Notes under the pieces: generated by a model
The model's input: only the letters and a program-made list of their open reading frames with translations
The model's database searches: none
Told to the model about the DNA's origin: nothing
Source: an uncultured Methanomicrobiales archaeon
GTDB taxonomy: Archaea > Halobacteriota > Methanomicrobia > Methanomicrobiales > JACTUA01
Direction: 5' to 3'
Length of the DNA stretch: 64,000 nt
Assembly: GCA_964551875.1 (NCBI GenBank)
Contig: CAZKEV010000007.1
Span: forward strand, 2,455 to 66,454
In this document: piece after piece, positions 36,243 through 46,706 of the stretch
Layout of the letters: every line of letters starts with the position of its first letter
How positions within the stretch are numbered: position 1 is the first letter of the stretch
Made by a program: the position numbers and the translations under genes

Positions 36243-36338
36243 TCTCCCTCGGGGATTTGATAATCCCCTTCGGGTTCAAAAAGTAACCTTTCTTCTCCCT
36301 CAGGGATTTGATAATCCCCTTCGGGGATTGAGATCCCC
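36243..36338. repeat. Two 32-bp direct repeats containing a palindrome, plus a partial third palindrome
   Basis: TCTCCCTC(G/A)GGGATTTGATAATCCCCTTCGGG at 36243-36274 and 36294-36325, then GGGGATTGAGATCCCC at 36323-36338, between convergent genes. Confidence 0.8.
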
Positions 36339-37682
36339 CTACGGGCCCCCAAAGAGGGTGGACTGCCCGCCAGGCCCCTTCCTCACGGGGCTCTTCGGCT
36401 CGGGCTTCTTCTCCCTCTTCTCCGGTTTCTCCTTCTCCTCTCTCTCCTCTTTCTCCAGCCGTTCGACCACCTCCACCACCTCCTGGGCCTTCACTTTGTC
36501 ATGGATGAGCATGGTGAGCTCCTCGGCGGAGAGGGAGAGGTCCCTCGCGTGGGCAACGGGGTCTGCCTCGAAGAGGAGGGAGAGGAGGGTGAGGTGGTCC
36601 TCGCGGAGGACCTCCTGGGGGATGTGGGCCCTCTCCCCGATCTTCCTCTCAAGGGATTCCCGCACCGCCCGCTGGCGCCGGTAGCCGGAGATCCTCCGCC
36701 ACCGCGCCGGCGGCATGAGCCGGGCCCTGACCCCCCGGCCGCCAGCGGCGAGCGATGCCCCGAGAAGCATGAGTGCATTCGCGTACCGCCAGAGGGAGTA
36801 GTACTGCCGCCTGAGGGTGAGGCCCAGATATTCGTCGGCCCGTGAGACCCAGCGGTAAGCCAGTGCCATGGATCCGGGATCCTGGATATGGACGAGGTTT
36901 GCCTCGATCCACTGGAGCACCGTATCCGGGGTTTCGTCCGCTGCCTGGGCACTAGAGAGGAGGGCAGCATCCTCCCTCCCCTTGAAGAGGGAGAGGATCA
37001 GCTCGAAGATGGAGACCCGGTCGTCCTTTGCCGTGGAGACAACATCACCCTCGGCCACCCGGTCCTTCCCGCTGGACGCCCCGTGGAGCATGTTGATGGA
37101 GGCCCGGAGATCACCCCCTCCGCGCTCGGCAATCCGGGCGAGGGCGGCGTCAGAACAGGCGAGCGCCTCTCCTGCGCAGAGGAACTTCAGCCTGGGGACG
37201 ATGGACCTCGCCTGGATCGCCCTGAAGAGGACAGGTTCGCATTTTGCCCGGATCTCGGACGGGATCCCGTACAGGTCATTCGCGATGAGGATGATGGGCT
37301 GCCTTGAGATGCGGATCACCTCCAGGATCTCCCTCGCCCCGCCCCTGTCTGCAGTCCCGTGGAGGTTGTCTGCCTCATCGAAGACGATGAGCTTCCTTCC
37401 TGCCCCGGAGAGGCTTTCCGTGACGCTCGCAACCCCCGCCACCCGCCTGATGGTGTCCTTTGTCCGCTGGTCGCTCGCGTTCAGCTCGATGATCTCCCAG
37501 CCCATGTCAGAGGCGAGGGCATGGGCAGACGAGGTCTTCCCTGTCCCGGACTTCCCGTAGAGGAGGAGGGGCTTCTTCTCCGGACTCCATGACCGGGCCC
37601 AGTCGTGCATGGCCTTCACGGCAGGCCCGTTCCCGACGAGATCGGAGAGCGTCCGGGGCCGGTACTTCTCTGCCCAGTCCAT
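36339..37682 (-). CDS. rfcL: Replication factor C large subunit
   Basis: MDWAEKYRP, GKSGTGKT, IELNASD and GGDLR motifs. Confidence 0.95.
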   Translation of the reverse strand: MDWAEKYRPRTLSDLVGNGPAVKAMHDWARSWSPEKKPLLLYGKSGTGKTSSAHALASDMGWEIIELNASDQRTKDTIRRVAGVASVTESLSGAGRKLIVFDEADNLHGTADRGGAREILEVIRISRQPIILIANDLYGIPSEIRAKCEPVLFRAIQARSIVPRLKFLCAGEALACSDAALARIAERGGGDLRASINMLHGASSGKDRVAEGDVVSTAKDDRVSIFELILSLFKGREDAALLSSAQAADETPDTVLQWIEANLVHIQDPGSMALAYRWVSRADEYLGLTLRRQYYSLWRYANALMLLGASLAAGGRGVRARLMPPARWRRISGYRRQRAVRESLERKIGERAHIPQEVLREDHLTLLSLLFEADPVAHARDLSLSAEELTMLIHDKVKAQEVVEVVERLEKEEREEKEKPEKREKKPEPKSPVRKGPGGQSTLFGGP

Positions 37683-37754
37683 ACCCGATCATCGGTCAGA
37701 AATGAAATAAATTATCTCTTATGAAGACCGAGATACCATGGCAGGAACGGGCGG

Positions 37755-38768
37755 ATGGAAGAGAAGAGCTGCTCTCTAGACTCGGTGAAGAAGGCGGTGC
37801 GCGAGTACGAGGGGGTGACGAGGAAGCACGGCATCGGGGAGATGATCAAGGCCCTCCGGATCGATGCCCCCGACGTGATCGCCTCCTTCGGCGAGGATGC
37901 CGCCGTGATCCGGCACAACGACCAGGCCCTCCTCCTCGCCGCCGACGGCATATGGAGCAGGCTCATGGAGGCGGATCCCGAATGGGCAGGGTACTGCTCG
38001 GTCCTCGTGAACATCCATGACATCGCCGCGATGGGGGGCCGGCCCATCGCCCTCGTGGATGTCCTCTCCCTCTCCGATGAGAAGATCCGGGACCATGTGA
38101 CAGCCGGGATGTTTGCCGCCTGCGAGCAGTTCAATGTCCCCATCGTCGGGGGCCACCTCCACCCGGACACCCCCTACAGCGTGATCGACGTGGCTATCCT
38201 CGGCATCGCCCGCCTTGACTCGGTCATCTACTCCCATACGGCGAAGAGCGGGGATGCGGTCATCGCGGCAATCGATCTCACCGGGAGGGTCCATCCGTCG
38301 TGCGCCCTCAACTGGGACTCGGTGACCATGAAGACCCCCGCAGAGGTCCGTTCCCAGATCCAGATGCTCCAGACCCTCGGCGAGGCGCACCTGGTCACCG
38401 CAGGGAAGGATATCAGTAACCCGGGGGTCATCGGGACCCTGGGCATGCTCCTCGAGATGAGCGAGAAGGGGGCTGTCATCGAGCTCGATGCCATCCCGAG
38501 ACCTGACCTGAGGGCCCTTGGCATCGGCTTCGAGCAGTGGGTCAGGATGTACCCCGGCATGGGCTTTGTCCTGACCGCGAACAGGAAGCATGTGGACGAG
38601 GTATGCCGGAGGTTCGCATCGGTGGGGATGGCCGCACGCCCCATCGGGCACCTGAACGGGGACCGGAACCTCTGCATCGAGTACGGCGGGGAGCAGGCCT
38701 CGGTCTTTGACCTGAAGAAGGAGAGCGTGATGGGGATCGTGACGAATCCCTGCGGGCTCGATCTATGA
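37755..38768 (+). CDS. Methanogenesis marker protein 2 (AIR synthase-related)
   Basis: GVTRKH, FGEDAAVI, VNIHDIAAMGG, GGHLHPD and KDISNPG motifs. Confidence 0.88.
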   Translation: MEEKSCSLDSVKKAVREYEGVTRKHGIGEMIKALRIDAPDVIASFGEDAAVIRHNDQALLLAADGIWSRLMEADPEWAGYCSVLVNIHDIAAMGGRPIALVDVLSLSDEKIRDHVTAGMFAACEQFNVPIVGGHLHPDTPYSVIDVAILGIARLDSVIYSHTAKSGDAVIAAIDLTGRVHPSCALNWDSVTMKTPAEVRSQIQMLQTLGEAHLVTAGKDISNPGVIGTLGMLLEMSEKGAVIELDAIPRPDLRALGIGFEQWVRMYPGMGFVLTANRKHVDEVCRRFASVGMAARPIGHLNGDRNLCIEYGGEQASVFDLKKESVMGIVTNPCGLDL

Positions 38769-39508
38769 GGATCGGGATAGGTGCCGGCCCCGATATCCGA
38801 AAGATTCTCTCTTCCGCAACCGGGGCAGGATCGGGTATCCAGGTATTCTGCTATACCAGCCGGGAGCATGCCGGCGGCATCAGGGACGAGGGTCTCAGGA
38901 CAAGCGACCATCCCGGGGAGTCCCTCGTCAGGGCACTCATGGATGGCGAGATCGATGCCGCCGTGCGGGGCTCCCTCCCTTCTTCCACCACCCTCCGGGC
39001 CCTGAAGGATGCCACGGGGGTGGACCACCTGCTCCGGATCGCCATCCTCGGAACAAGGGAGGGGAAGAAATTCCTCCTCGCGCCGGTGGGGGTGGACGAG
39101 GGGTGGACGGTTGCCGATAAGCTGGAACTCATCGAGAGGGGGAGGGAGCTCGCGGCGAGGCTGGGCCTCAGCCGGGAGGTGGCGGTCCTCTCAGGGGGGC
39201 GGCTGGGGGACGTGGGACGGCACCCCGCGGTGGACCGGACCCTCGCCGATGCAGAGCTCGTTGCCCGCCTCTCGGGTGCAACCCACCGCGGGATCCTCAT
39301 CGAGGATGCCATCGGCACGAGCGGGATGATCCTCGCCCCGGACGGGATCTCCGGGAACCTCATCTTCCGCACCCTCGTCTTTCTCGGAGGAGGGAGAGCC
39401 TATGGGGCCCCCGTGGTAAATATCGACAGAATCTTTGTTGATACCTCGCGCGCTTCCCCGGATTACGCGAATGCCCTGATTACCGCCTCTCTGCTGGTAA
39501 AACAGTGA
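38765..39508 (+). CDS. mtxX: MtxX / methanogenesis marker 4 family protein
   Basis: AAVRGSL, PVGVDEG, SGGRLGDVGR and DGISGNLIFR motifs. Confidence 0.88.
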   Translation: MRIGIGAGPDIRKILSSATGAGSGIQVFCYTSREHAGGIRDEGLRTSDHPGESLVRALMDGEIDAAVRGSLPSSTTLRALKDATGVDHLLRIAILGTREGKKFLLAPVGVDEGWTVADKLELIERGRELAARLGLSREVAVLSGGRLGDVGRHPAVDRTLADAELVARLSGATHRGILIEDAIGTSGMILAPDGISGNLIFRTLVFLGGGRAYGAPVVNIDRIFVDTSRASPDYANALITASLLVKQ

Positions 39509-39698
39509 GAATCCTTTAAAGCGGGTTATTTCGGGAAATACCTGAATATATCCGTTTTTCAACCAACCCGTATTTCGTCTCCGTCCGTCGATATACGGGA
39601 AATGGTGGCTCCTTCGAGATAAGAAATCCTGATTTTTTGAGCAAATGGAAAGAAAAGTTTAAATATTGACTGATATAGAAATTTGTGGGTGAAATTGA

Positions 39699-39902
39699 AT
39701 GGCTGACTTACCAATTGCAGCAGTGGTTCGGATTGCCAAGAAGAACGGGGCCGAGCGGGTCGGGAGCGATGCAGCAGCCGCTCTCGTCGGCAAGGCCGAG
39801 GCCTATATCGCGAACCTGACGAAGGAGGCGAACCGCCTCGCCCAGCACGCCGGAAGGAAGACCATCAAGGAAGAGGATGTTGATCTCGCGGCAAAGTCCT
39901 GA
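39699..39902 (+). CDS. Archaeal histone (HMf type)
   Basis: MADLPIAAVVRIAKKNGAERVG...HAGRKTIKEED. Confidence 0.96.
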   Translation: MADLPIAAVVRIAKKNGAERVGSDAAAALVGKAEAYIANLTKEANRLAQHAGRKTIKEEDVDLAAKS

Positions 39903-39991
39903 ATCAACCCTTTTTCCATCTTGAATCTCGTCTCTCCTGTCTCTTCTATCAACAGATCATGATTTGATCCTGATTCTCGAGGGACTCTCTC

Positions 39992-40579
39992 TCAGAAGAC
40001 ACCTTTTGTGCTTGGCACCCCTTTCTCCCCGGGGACAACTGCCACTGCCTCGGCAAGGGCCCTCCCGAAGGCCTTGAAGACCGCCTCGCACCGGTGGTGG
40101 TCCGATCTTCCGGAGAAGGTGATGTGGGCGGTGATGCCCCCGCTTACGCAGAGGCTCGCGAAGAAGTGCTCGAAGAGCTCGGTGGAGATGGTCCCGAGGA
40201 CCGGCGACCCGAAGGATCCGGTGTAGACGAGATACCCCCTCCCCCCGCAGTCGATGGAGATCTGGGCGAGGGATTCGTCCATGGGGATGGAAGCAAAGCC
40301 GAACCGGCTGATTCCCTCCCCCCCGCCGATGGCCTTCCTGATGGCCATGCCAAGGACGATTCCCGTATCCTCCACCAGGTGGTGGGGATCCACATCGAGA
40401 TCCCCCGAGGCGGTGCACTCCAGGTCAAACCTCCCGTGGCGTGCAAATGCCCCGAGCATGTGGTCGAGGAAGGGGATCCCGGACTCTCCCGATGCCTTTC
40501 CCTTCCCCTCAAGCCCGATGCTTATTGTGATCTTCGTCTCGCCCGTCTTCCTCTCAACCTTGCCCTTTCTCATCGGCAT
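39992..40579 (-). CDS. hisB: Imidazoleglycerol-phosphate dehydratase
   Basis: RKTGET, FLDHML, HHLVED, PMDESLA and [11 protein letters not shown] motifs. Confidence 0.96.
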   Translation of the reverse strand: MPMRKGKVERKTGETKITISIGLEGKGKASGESGIPFLDHMLGAFARHGRFDLECTASGDLDVDPHHLVEDTGIVLGMAIRKAIGGGEGISRFGFASIPMDESLAQISIDCGGRGYLVYTGSFGSPVLGTISTELFEHFFASLCVSGGITAHITFSGRSDHHRCEAVFKAFGRALAEAVAVVPGEKGVPSTKGVF

Positions 40580-41286
40580 ACCTCCATCGCCTTCCCAAGA
40601 TCGATCCTTCCGCTGTAGAGGGCAGACCCGAGGACCACCCCGGAAGCACCCAGGTCTCTCAGGGTTGCAACGTCCCCGAGGCTCGTGACACCCCCTGCGA
40701 CCACGACCGGTAGACCGGTGATCGCAAGAAGCTTCTCCACGGGTTCTCTCCTGATGCCCTGCTGGAGCCCCTCCACGTCCACGTTTGTGAAGAGGAGGGA
40801 CCCGGCACCGAGGTCCTCAAAGCGCCTCGCCCAGCCCAGGTAATCGCCCCCGGGATCCCTCCAGCCTTCCACCACCACCTGGCCTGCCCGGGCATCCACG
40901 GACGCCATGATCCGTGAGGGCCCCGCTTCCCCAGAGAGAATGCGAACAGACTCCGGTTCCCGTACCGCAAGGGTCCCCAGGATCACCCGGTCCACGCCGG
41001 TCTCCAGCCAGCTTCGGGCATCCCCGACTGACCGGATTCCCCCGCCAAGCTGCATGAAGATACCGGTCTCGCGGAGTATCCCCTTGATAATAGCGGCATT
41101 TGAGCCGGAGTCACCGAATGCCCCGTCCAGGTTGATAATATGCAGAGCCTCTGCCCCGGCCTCCACCCACCTCCGTGCGCAGTCCACCGGGTCCCCGAAG
41201 ACCGTGGCAGTCTCCCGCTTTCCCTGGACGAGCTGGACGCACCTCCCTCCCAGGATGTCGACCGCGGGAAAGACCGTCATCGCCAT
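40570..41286 (-). CDS. hisA: ProFAR isomerase
   Basis: [17 protein letters not shown] and QLGGGIRS motifs. Confidence 0.95.
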   Translation of the reverse strand: MAMTVFPAVDILGGRCVQLVQGKRETATVFGDPVDCARRWVEAGAEALHIINLDGAFGDSGSNAAIIKGILRETGIFMQLGGGIRSVGDARSWLETGVDRVILGTLAVREPESVRILSGEAGPSRIMASVDARAGQVVVEGWRDPGGDYLGWARRFEDLGAGSLLFTNVDVEGLQQGIRREPVEKLLAITGLPVVVAGGVTSLGDVATLRDLGASGVVLGSALYSGRIDLGKAMEVCR

Positions 41287-41289
41287 GCC

Positions 41290-42168
41290 CTAGCGCACCA
41301 TCCGGTCGATGGGGACCACGAGGATGTCCCTCGCCCCGGCCTTTTTTAAGAGGGGGATGAGCCGGTAGATCCGCTCCTCCTCCACGACCGCGTGGACCGC
41401 CACAAGGTCCTCGGATGAGGCTACCTCCATGACCGTTGGCCCTGAGAGCCCGGGAAGCACCCTCTTCACCTCCCCGAGCGCCGGCCTCCTCACATTCATC
41501 ATCAGGTAGCACTGCCCCCTGGCCCGGACGACGCTCTCAAGCGCCAATCGGATCTCCTCCACCTTCTCCCCTTTCTCCCCGATCGATGCCTCGTTCCCGA
41601 TGAGCCTCGTGGAGGTGACGAGGACCTCTTCGAGCTCTCTCATGTGATGTGTCCGGAGGGTGTCCCCGGACGAGGTGAGGTCCACGATGGCATCGGCGAT
41701 ACCGAGATGCGGGGTCACCTCGCACGCGCCCCCAACCCGGACAATGGTGATGGGGATATCCCGTTCGGCGAAGAAGGCACCAGTGAGCCTGGGGAACTCG
41801 GTTGCAATCCTGGCTTCCTTGAGATCCTTGATCCCGGTCACCCCCGACTCCTCGGGCACCGCAACCACGAGGCGGGCCATGCCGACCTGGAGGTCCAGGA
41901 GGTCTGCTACCCTGACCCCCCGTTCTGCCACCATGTCAAAGCCGGTGATCCCGAGATCCGCAACCCCGGATGCCACATACTCAGGGATGTCGGCCGGCCT
42001 CGCGTACAGGATCTCGACCTGCGGGTCCCGGGTCTGGGCGATGAGCCGCCGCTCGTTGCCCTCCGAGGCATGGAGGCCACTCTTCCCGAGAATCTCCCTG
42101 ACAGGCCCCGCGATCCTCCCCTTGTTCGGGACTGCCAGGCGGACGCGGTCAGAAGGTCTTGAGCTCAC
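41290..42168 (-). CDS. hisG: ATP phosphoribosyltransferase (long form)
   Basis: LAVPNKGRI, DLGITG, IATEFP, DAIVDLTSSG and PGLSGPTV motifs. Confidence 0.96.
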   Translation of the reverse strand: MSSRPSDRVRLAVPNKGRIAGPVREILGKSGLHASEGNERRLIAQTRDPQVEILYARPADIPEYVASGVADLGITGFDMVAERGVRVADLLDLQVGMARLVVAVPEESGVTGIKDLKEARIATEFPRLTGAFFAERDIPITIVRVGGACEVTPHLGIADAIVDLTSSGDTLRTHHMRELEEVLVTSTRLIGNEASIGEKGEKVEEIRLALESVVRARGQCYLMMNVRRPALGEVKRVLPGLSGPTVMEVASSEDLVAVHAVVEEERIYRLIPLLKKAGARDILVVPIDRMVR

Positions 42169-43351
42169 CGCTGATTACCTTCTCTGTGACGCAGGTGACA
42201 TTCTCGAGGGAGGTGTCGATGATGGACTCGACCTCGTACGAGATGGTCTTGAAACTCGTCCCGGGCTTCGGGATGATCTGGGCACTTGCGACGAGTGGCT
42301 GGTCGATGGGGTTCCCGATCTGGGAGAGGATCCGGATGTAGATCTCATCGATCCCCTTCACCTTCTCCACGCACTCCCGGGCCACCTGCGTGGAGAGGAG
42401 GTTGTAGATCTTGCCGATATGGTTGATGGGGTTCTTCCCGCTCGTCGCCTCCATGGACATGGGCCGGTTGGGCGTGATGAGGCCGTTGCACCGGTTCCCC
42501 CGGCCGACGGACCCGTCGTCCCCCATCTCGGCCGAGGTCCCGATGACGGTGAGAAAGACCGACCCGGTATCCGGGTTGTCGGCGGTATTTATATCGACCC
42601 TCACCTGGCGGCTTGTGTGCCGGCGGGCCACCCGCTCGAGCTCCGCCTGCATCGTCTCCTTGATCTCCAGGTACTCGTGGATGCCGGAGCAGTAGCGCCC
42701 AACCATAGCACAGGCCACGGTGAGCGTGATGCAGTCCCCGTCCCGGAGGGCCATGATCTTGACGTCCTGGCCGAGGACCGGGTACTTCTTCCTGAGGGGA
42801 CCATCGATGTAGTCAGAGAGGCTCCGGACGATGGTCTCGGCCTCCGAGAAGGGGGCATGGCCCACGCCGAAGGAGGTGTCGTTGGCCCGGGGCTTGCTGT
42901 CCTGGCAGGGCCTGAAGACATCACGGAGATCGGTGGATCCTTCTCCCATGCGGCAGTCGACGATGACGTCCCTGTCGAGGTCCGCGTTCGTTATGGTAGA
43001 CCTGATGTAGTCCCTTGCAGCCTTGACAGCGATGGAATCGGTGGGGAAGTGCATCCCGTTGAACTGCTTCGTGGCCCGGCCCACGATGAGCACATAGATG
43101 GGCTTGATGACCTTTCCCCCGCCGAAAGCAGGGATGGTCTCGCCCCCCACCACCTCGCCCTGGTCGGTGTTGTGGTGGAGGACGGCCCCGCACTCCTCAA
43201 GGTAGGCCCTGCTGAGGGCACGGCTCACCGATTCGGCGATCCCGTCCATAAGGCTGTCAGGGTGGCCGATCCCCTTCCGTTCCACAAGCTCGATCCGCTG
43301 CTGTTCTATGGGCGTCTGATCGAGGGCTTCCACGCGAATATTCCTGCTCAT
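42149..43351 (-). CDS. mat: Archaeal S-adenosylmethionine synthetase
   Basis: [38 protein letters not shown] and [10 protein letters not shown] motifs. Confidence 0.96.
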   Translation of the reverse strand: MSRNIRVEALDQTPIEQQRIELVERKGIGHPDSLMDGIAESVSRALSRAYLEECGAVLHHNTDQGEVVGGETIPAFGGGKVIKPIYVLIVGRATKQFNGMHFPTDSIAVKAARDYIRSTITNADLDRDVIVDCRMGEGSTDLRDVFRPCQDSKPRANDTSFGVGHAPFSEAETIVRSLSDYIDGPLRKKYPVLGQDVKIMALRDGDCITLTVACAMVGRYCSGIHEYLEIKETMQAELERVARRHTSRQVRVDINTADNPDTGSVFLTVIGTSAEMGDDGSVGRGNRCNGLITPNRPMSMEATSGKNPINHIGKIYNLLSTQVARECVEKVKGIDEIYIRILSQIGNPIDQPLVASAQIIPKPGTSFKTISYEVESIIDTSLENVTCVTEKVISGELKTF

Positions 43352-43403
43352 CGCTCGCCTCGCTCCATGGTAGCGCGATAATAGAAAAGGGTCAGGTCAT
43401 CAT

Positions 43404-44216
43404 TTAACCGTTTCCAACCGGGTATCTCCGCTCATAGGGGCGGAGCGAGATGCGGATCTGCCCTTCCCGGAAGACGCGGATGGTGCCGCCGCTCTCGGAG
43501 ATCGTCACCCCCACCACCGGGTGCTCGCGGGTAATGGCAGCGGTTGCCCGGTGCCTGCCGCCGAGCCCGCCCGGGAGGACCACATCCCGTGCCGATGCGT
43601 CCAGGTACCGCCCCGAGGCGAGGATGAAGCCCTCGGTATTCACCATGAAGACGCCGTCGAGCTGTGCGAGCTCCTTGATCGACTCCCAGTTCTCCCTGTT
43701 CTTCACGTCGCAGACCGCCCGGTGCTGCCCCTCGTAGGGGTTGAGGATGGCCTGGTGGGAGTGCCGGAGGATGGTCTCCCCGTCGCCGATAATAAACGCG
43801 GTCCCGATGGCCCTCCCCTCCCGCCCCTCGACCGCGATCTGCATGGCGAGGGAGAGGACCGAGAACATCACCTCCCTGGGGACGATATCCTCGAACTCCC
43901 GGACCCGGATGAAGTTCTTCCCCTCCTCGATGTCATAGAGGAGGATGGCATAGGGGAAGACCCCGACGACCATCCCCTTCTCGAGCCTCCGCTCCAGGTA
44001 GAGCTGGATGGCGGTGTCGAGCATGTGCCGCTCGCTAATCTCGAGGATATCGGGCATGGTGAGGTCCTGGACTACATCGATCTGGAGCTCCCGCACCCAG
44101 ATGACCGGGATCTCGCTCTCGCAATCACACCGCTTCGTGTAGGAGACGATCGCTTTCGCACCGATGGCTGCCGCGATCTTCGCCGCAGCCTCCATCATGA
44201 GATCCTCGTTCGCCAT
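43404..44216 (-). CDS. dacZ: Diadenylate cyclase DacZ (DisA_N/DAC domain)
   Basis: EGREGRAIGT, ELAQLDG and GLGGRHRATAAIT motifs, with an N-terminal PK_C-like segment. Confidence 0.88.
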   Translation of the reverse strand: MANEDLMMEAAAKIAAAIGAKAIVSYTKRCDCESEIPVIWVRELQIDVVQDLTMPDILEISERHMLDTAIQLYLERRLEKGMVVGVFPYAILLYDIEEGKNFIRVREFEDIVPREVMFSVLSLAMQIAVEGREGRAIGTAFIIGDGETILRHSHQAILNPYEGQHRAVCDVKNRENWESIKELAQLDGVFMVNTEGFILASGRYLDASARDVVLPGGLGGRHRATAAITREHPVVGVTISESGGTIRVFREGQIRISLRPYERRYPVGNG

Positions 44217-44224
44217 GATACCTC

Positions 44225-45091
44225 TTACAGGAACCCCCGGATGAGGTCCGGGATCTCACCGGGACGGTTCGCGACTGCGATGCCCATACTCTCGAGCCTC
44301 CGGATCTTGGACCGGGCATCCCCCTCGCCTCCTTCGATGATGGCACCGGCATGGCCCATCCGCTTCTCGGGGGGTGCGGTTACTCCAGCGATATAAGCAA
44401 CGAGGGGGAGATCGGTGGAAGCAGCTCCTTCCTCCTCGAGGCTTCCCCCGACCTCCCCGATGAGCACGACGGCCTTCGTCTCACGGTCCTCTTCGAACCG
44501 TTCGAGGACATCGGAGAAGGTCTGCCCGATGACCGGGTCCCCGCCGATCCCGACGACCGTGGACTGGCCGATACCCGCCCTCGTCAGCTCATGGATCACC
44601 TCGTAGGTGAGGGTCCCGCTCCGGGATACCACCCCTACGTCCCCCCTGGTAGCGAGATGGGACGGTATGATCCCGAGCTTGCACTCACCGGGTGAGATGA
44701 GCCCCGGGCAGTTGGGACCGATGACGGTCGACCCCTGGAGCCGGGCATACTCGACGGCCTTCATCGTGTCATGGACCGGGATCTGCTCGGTGATGGCAAC
44801 GATGAGCTCGAGGCCGGCATAGGCAGCCTCCATGACAGAGTCCATGGCCGCCCCGGCCGGCACGAAGACGACGCTCGCCCGGGCGTCGTGCTCCCGGAGT
44901 GCTTCCCTTATGCTGTTGTACACGGGAACCCCGTGGATCGACTGGCCGCCCTTCCCGGGCGTCACGCCGGCCACGACCCCCCTACCGCCCACCTCCTTTG
45001 CGTAGGTGTTCATAAGGGGGATGTGGAACGCTCCCTGGTTCCCGGTCGCACCCGTGACGATGACACCGGTGGATCGATCAGCGAAGATCAT
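44225..45091 (-). CDS. sucD: Succinyl-CoA synthetase alpha subunit
   Basis: [22 protein letters not shown] and MGHAGA motifs. Confidence 0.96.
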   Translation of the reverse strand: MIFADRSTGVIVTGATGNQGAFHIPLMNTYAKEVGGRGVVAGVTPGKGGQSIHGVPVYNSIREALREHDARASVVFVPAGAAMDSVMEAAYAGLELIVAITEQIPVHDTMKAVEYARLQGSTVIGPNCPGLISPGECKLGIIPSHLATRGDVGVVSRSGTLTYEVIHELTRAGIGQSTVVGIGGDPVIGQTFSDVLERFEEDRETKAVVLIGEVGGSLEEEGAASTDLPLVAYIAGVTAPPEKRMGHAGAIIEGGEGDARSKIRRLESMGIAVANRPGEIPDLIRGFL

Positions 45092-46173
45092 CGGATCGCC
45101 TCCACCGACGCCTTCACTACCTCGTCCATCGTCTCAAACATCGTGTAGCTCCGGCTCGCGAGGAGCCTCCTCCCCACCTCCTCGTTCGTCCCGGCGAGGC
45201 GGACCATGACCTTCTGGCTGACGCCGGCCTCGAGGATCCCCCTGGCCACCTCGTCGCATCGGGTGATCCCCCCGAGGAGGTTGACCAGGATCACCTGCAC
45301 CGAAGGTACGGATGCCACGAGCTTCACGGCATGCTTCACCCGTTCGCGGTCGGCGCCGCCGCCCACATCCAGGAAGTTCGCCGCCCTGCCGCCGTAGAGC
45401 GCGATGAGGTCGATGGTCGCCATGGTGAGGCCTGCACCGTTCCCGATGACCCCGATCTCCCCGTCCAGGTCGACGTAAGAGAACCCGTGGGCCTCCGCCT
45501 CCCTCTCACGCTCTGAAAGTGCACGACCCTTGCGTATCCCCTGGCGCGGGAGGGCACTGTCGTCGATGATGATCTTTGCATCGGCAGCGCAGATTCCCTT
45601 CTCCGTGGTGACGAGGGGGTTGATCTCGGCGAGGACCGCGTCCTTCTCCCTGAAGATGCGGTACAGCCTGTTCACGATGGGTGCGAGGTCCTTTGCCATC
45701 CCTCCAAGGAGGTCACGGAGGGCGAATGGCGGGATATCGGTGAGGAGCGGGGAGACCGTCATCCTCCTTACCGCTTCGGGACGCTCCCTTGCTACCGCCT
45801 CGATCTCGACCCCTCCGGACTCCGCGAAGAGGAGGAGGGGCTTCCGGGAGGACCGGTCGACGGCGATGGAGAGGAAGTACTCCTTCCCGATCTCCAGCCG
45901 CTCCTCGGCGAGGATCTCCCGGACCGGCACACCCCTGATCTCCTTTGCAAAGAGGGCTTCTGCCTGCGAGATTGCCCGGGCCTTCTCGGTGACAACGATG
46001 CCCCCGGCCTTTCCCCTTCCCCCGACAGCCACCTGGGCCTTCAGGACGAGGTGGTCCCCGAAGGTCCCGAGATGAGGCTCGAGCTCGCCAGGGCTCCTGA
46101 TTAAAACACCCGCCGGAATTGGTATCCCGTAAGCCCTGAAGATCTCCTTTGCCTCGTGTTCCGAGAGCCTCAT
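45088..46173 (-). CDS. sucC: Succinyl-CoA synthetase beta subunit
   Basis: LKAQVAVGGRGKAGG, EINPL, GNGAGL and ANFLDVGGG motifs. Start reassigned to MRLSEHEAK. Confidence 0.95.
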   Translation of the reverse strand: MRLSEHEAKEIFRAYGIPIPAGVLIRSPGELEPHLGTFGDHLVLKAQVAVGGRGKAGGIVVTEKARAISQAEALFAKEIRGVPVREILAEERLEIGKEYFLSIAVDRSSRKPLLLFAESGGVEIEAVARERPEAVRRMTVSPLLTDIPPFALRDLLGGMAKDLAPIVNRLYRIFREKDAVLAEINPLVTTEKGICAADAKIIIDDSALPRQGIRKGRALSEREREAEAHGFSYVDLDGEIGVIGNGAGLTMATIDLIALYGGRAANFLDVGGGADRERVKHAVKLVASVPSVQVILVNLLGGITRCDEVARGILEAGVSQKVMVRLAGTNEEVGRRLLASRSYTMFETMDEVVKASVEAIR

Positions 46174-46706
46174 ACCTTCTTCCCCCTCACGAGCTCCATC
46201 CCCCTCCTCAGCGCGCTCAGGTTCAGCTTTTCCGTGCCTTTCGGGACGCTGTCGAGGACCGCCTTCTCGATGGCCGCATCGGAGACGATGCCCGTCGCCG
46301 CGACCAGGGCCCCGAGCATGACGATGTTTGCCACGATGACCTTCCCCAGGGTGTTCCTCGCCTCCGATGTCGCGGGGATCTCGTGGAAGGTGCACTCCGG
46401 CCGGCCCTCGACCATGTCCGGGTCGATGAGCATCACGGCCCTCTTCGGGGCTTTCGCCCCGTAGCGCTCGAACCCCTCCCGGGACATGATCACGTAGGTA
46501 TCCGGGACGCTCACCTCGGGGTAGAGGATGGGGTCGTCATCGATGACCACCGAGGACATGGAGGCGCCGCCCCGTGCCTCCGGGCCGTAGACCTGTGTCT
46601 GCACCGCATATTTCCCGTCGTAGAGCGCGGCGGCCCGCCCGAGGATGACAGCGGCGAGGATGATCCCCTGCCCGCCGAACCCCGAGAACCGGATCTCGTG
46701 CCTCAT
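46170..46706 (-). CDS. korC: 2-oxoglutarate:ferredoxin oxidoreductase gamma subunit
   Basis: MRHEIRFSGFGGQGIILA and YGPEARGG motifs. Confidence 0.9.
   Translation of the reverse strand: MRHEIRFSGFGGQGIILAAVILGRAAALYDGKYAVQTQVYGPEARGGASMSSVVIDDDPILYPEVSVPDTYVIMSREGFERYGAKAPKRAVMLIDPDMVEGRPECTFHEIPATSEARNTLGKVIVANIVMLGALVAATGIVSDAAIEKAVLDSVPKGTEKLNLSALRRGMELVRGKKV

Noticed and set aside
36243-36325. Possible CRISPR array
   Set aside because: Only two full units, a 19-nt spacer, and no cas genes or leader in the window.
41660-43381. Long alternative-frame and antisense ORFs (also 61657-63348, 26458-27579, 7718-8836, 57344-58417 and many others)
   Set aside because: They shadow well-supported genes on the opposite strand and lack family motifs. 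This is expected in high-GC DNA with few stop codons.
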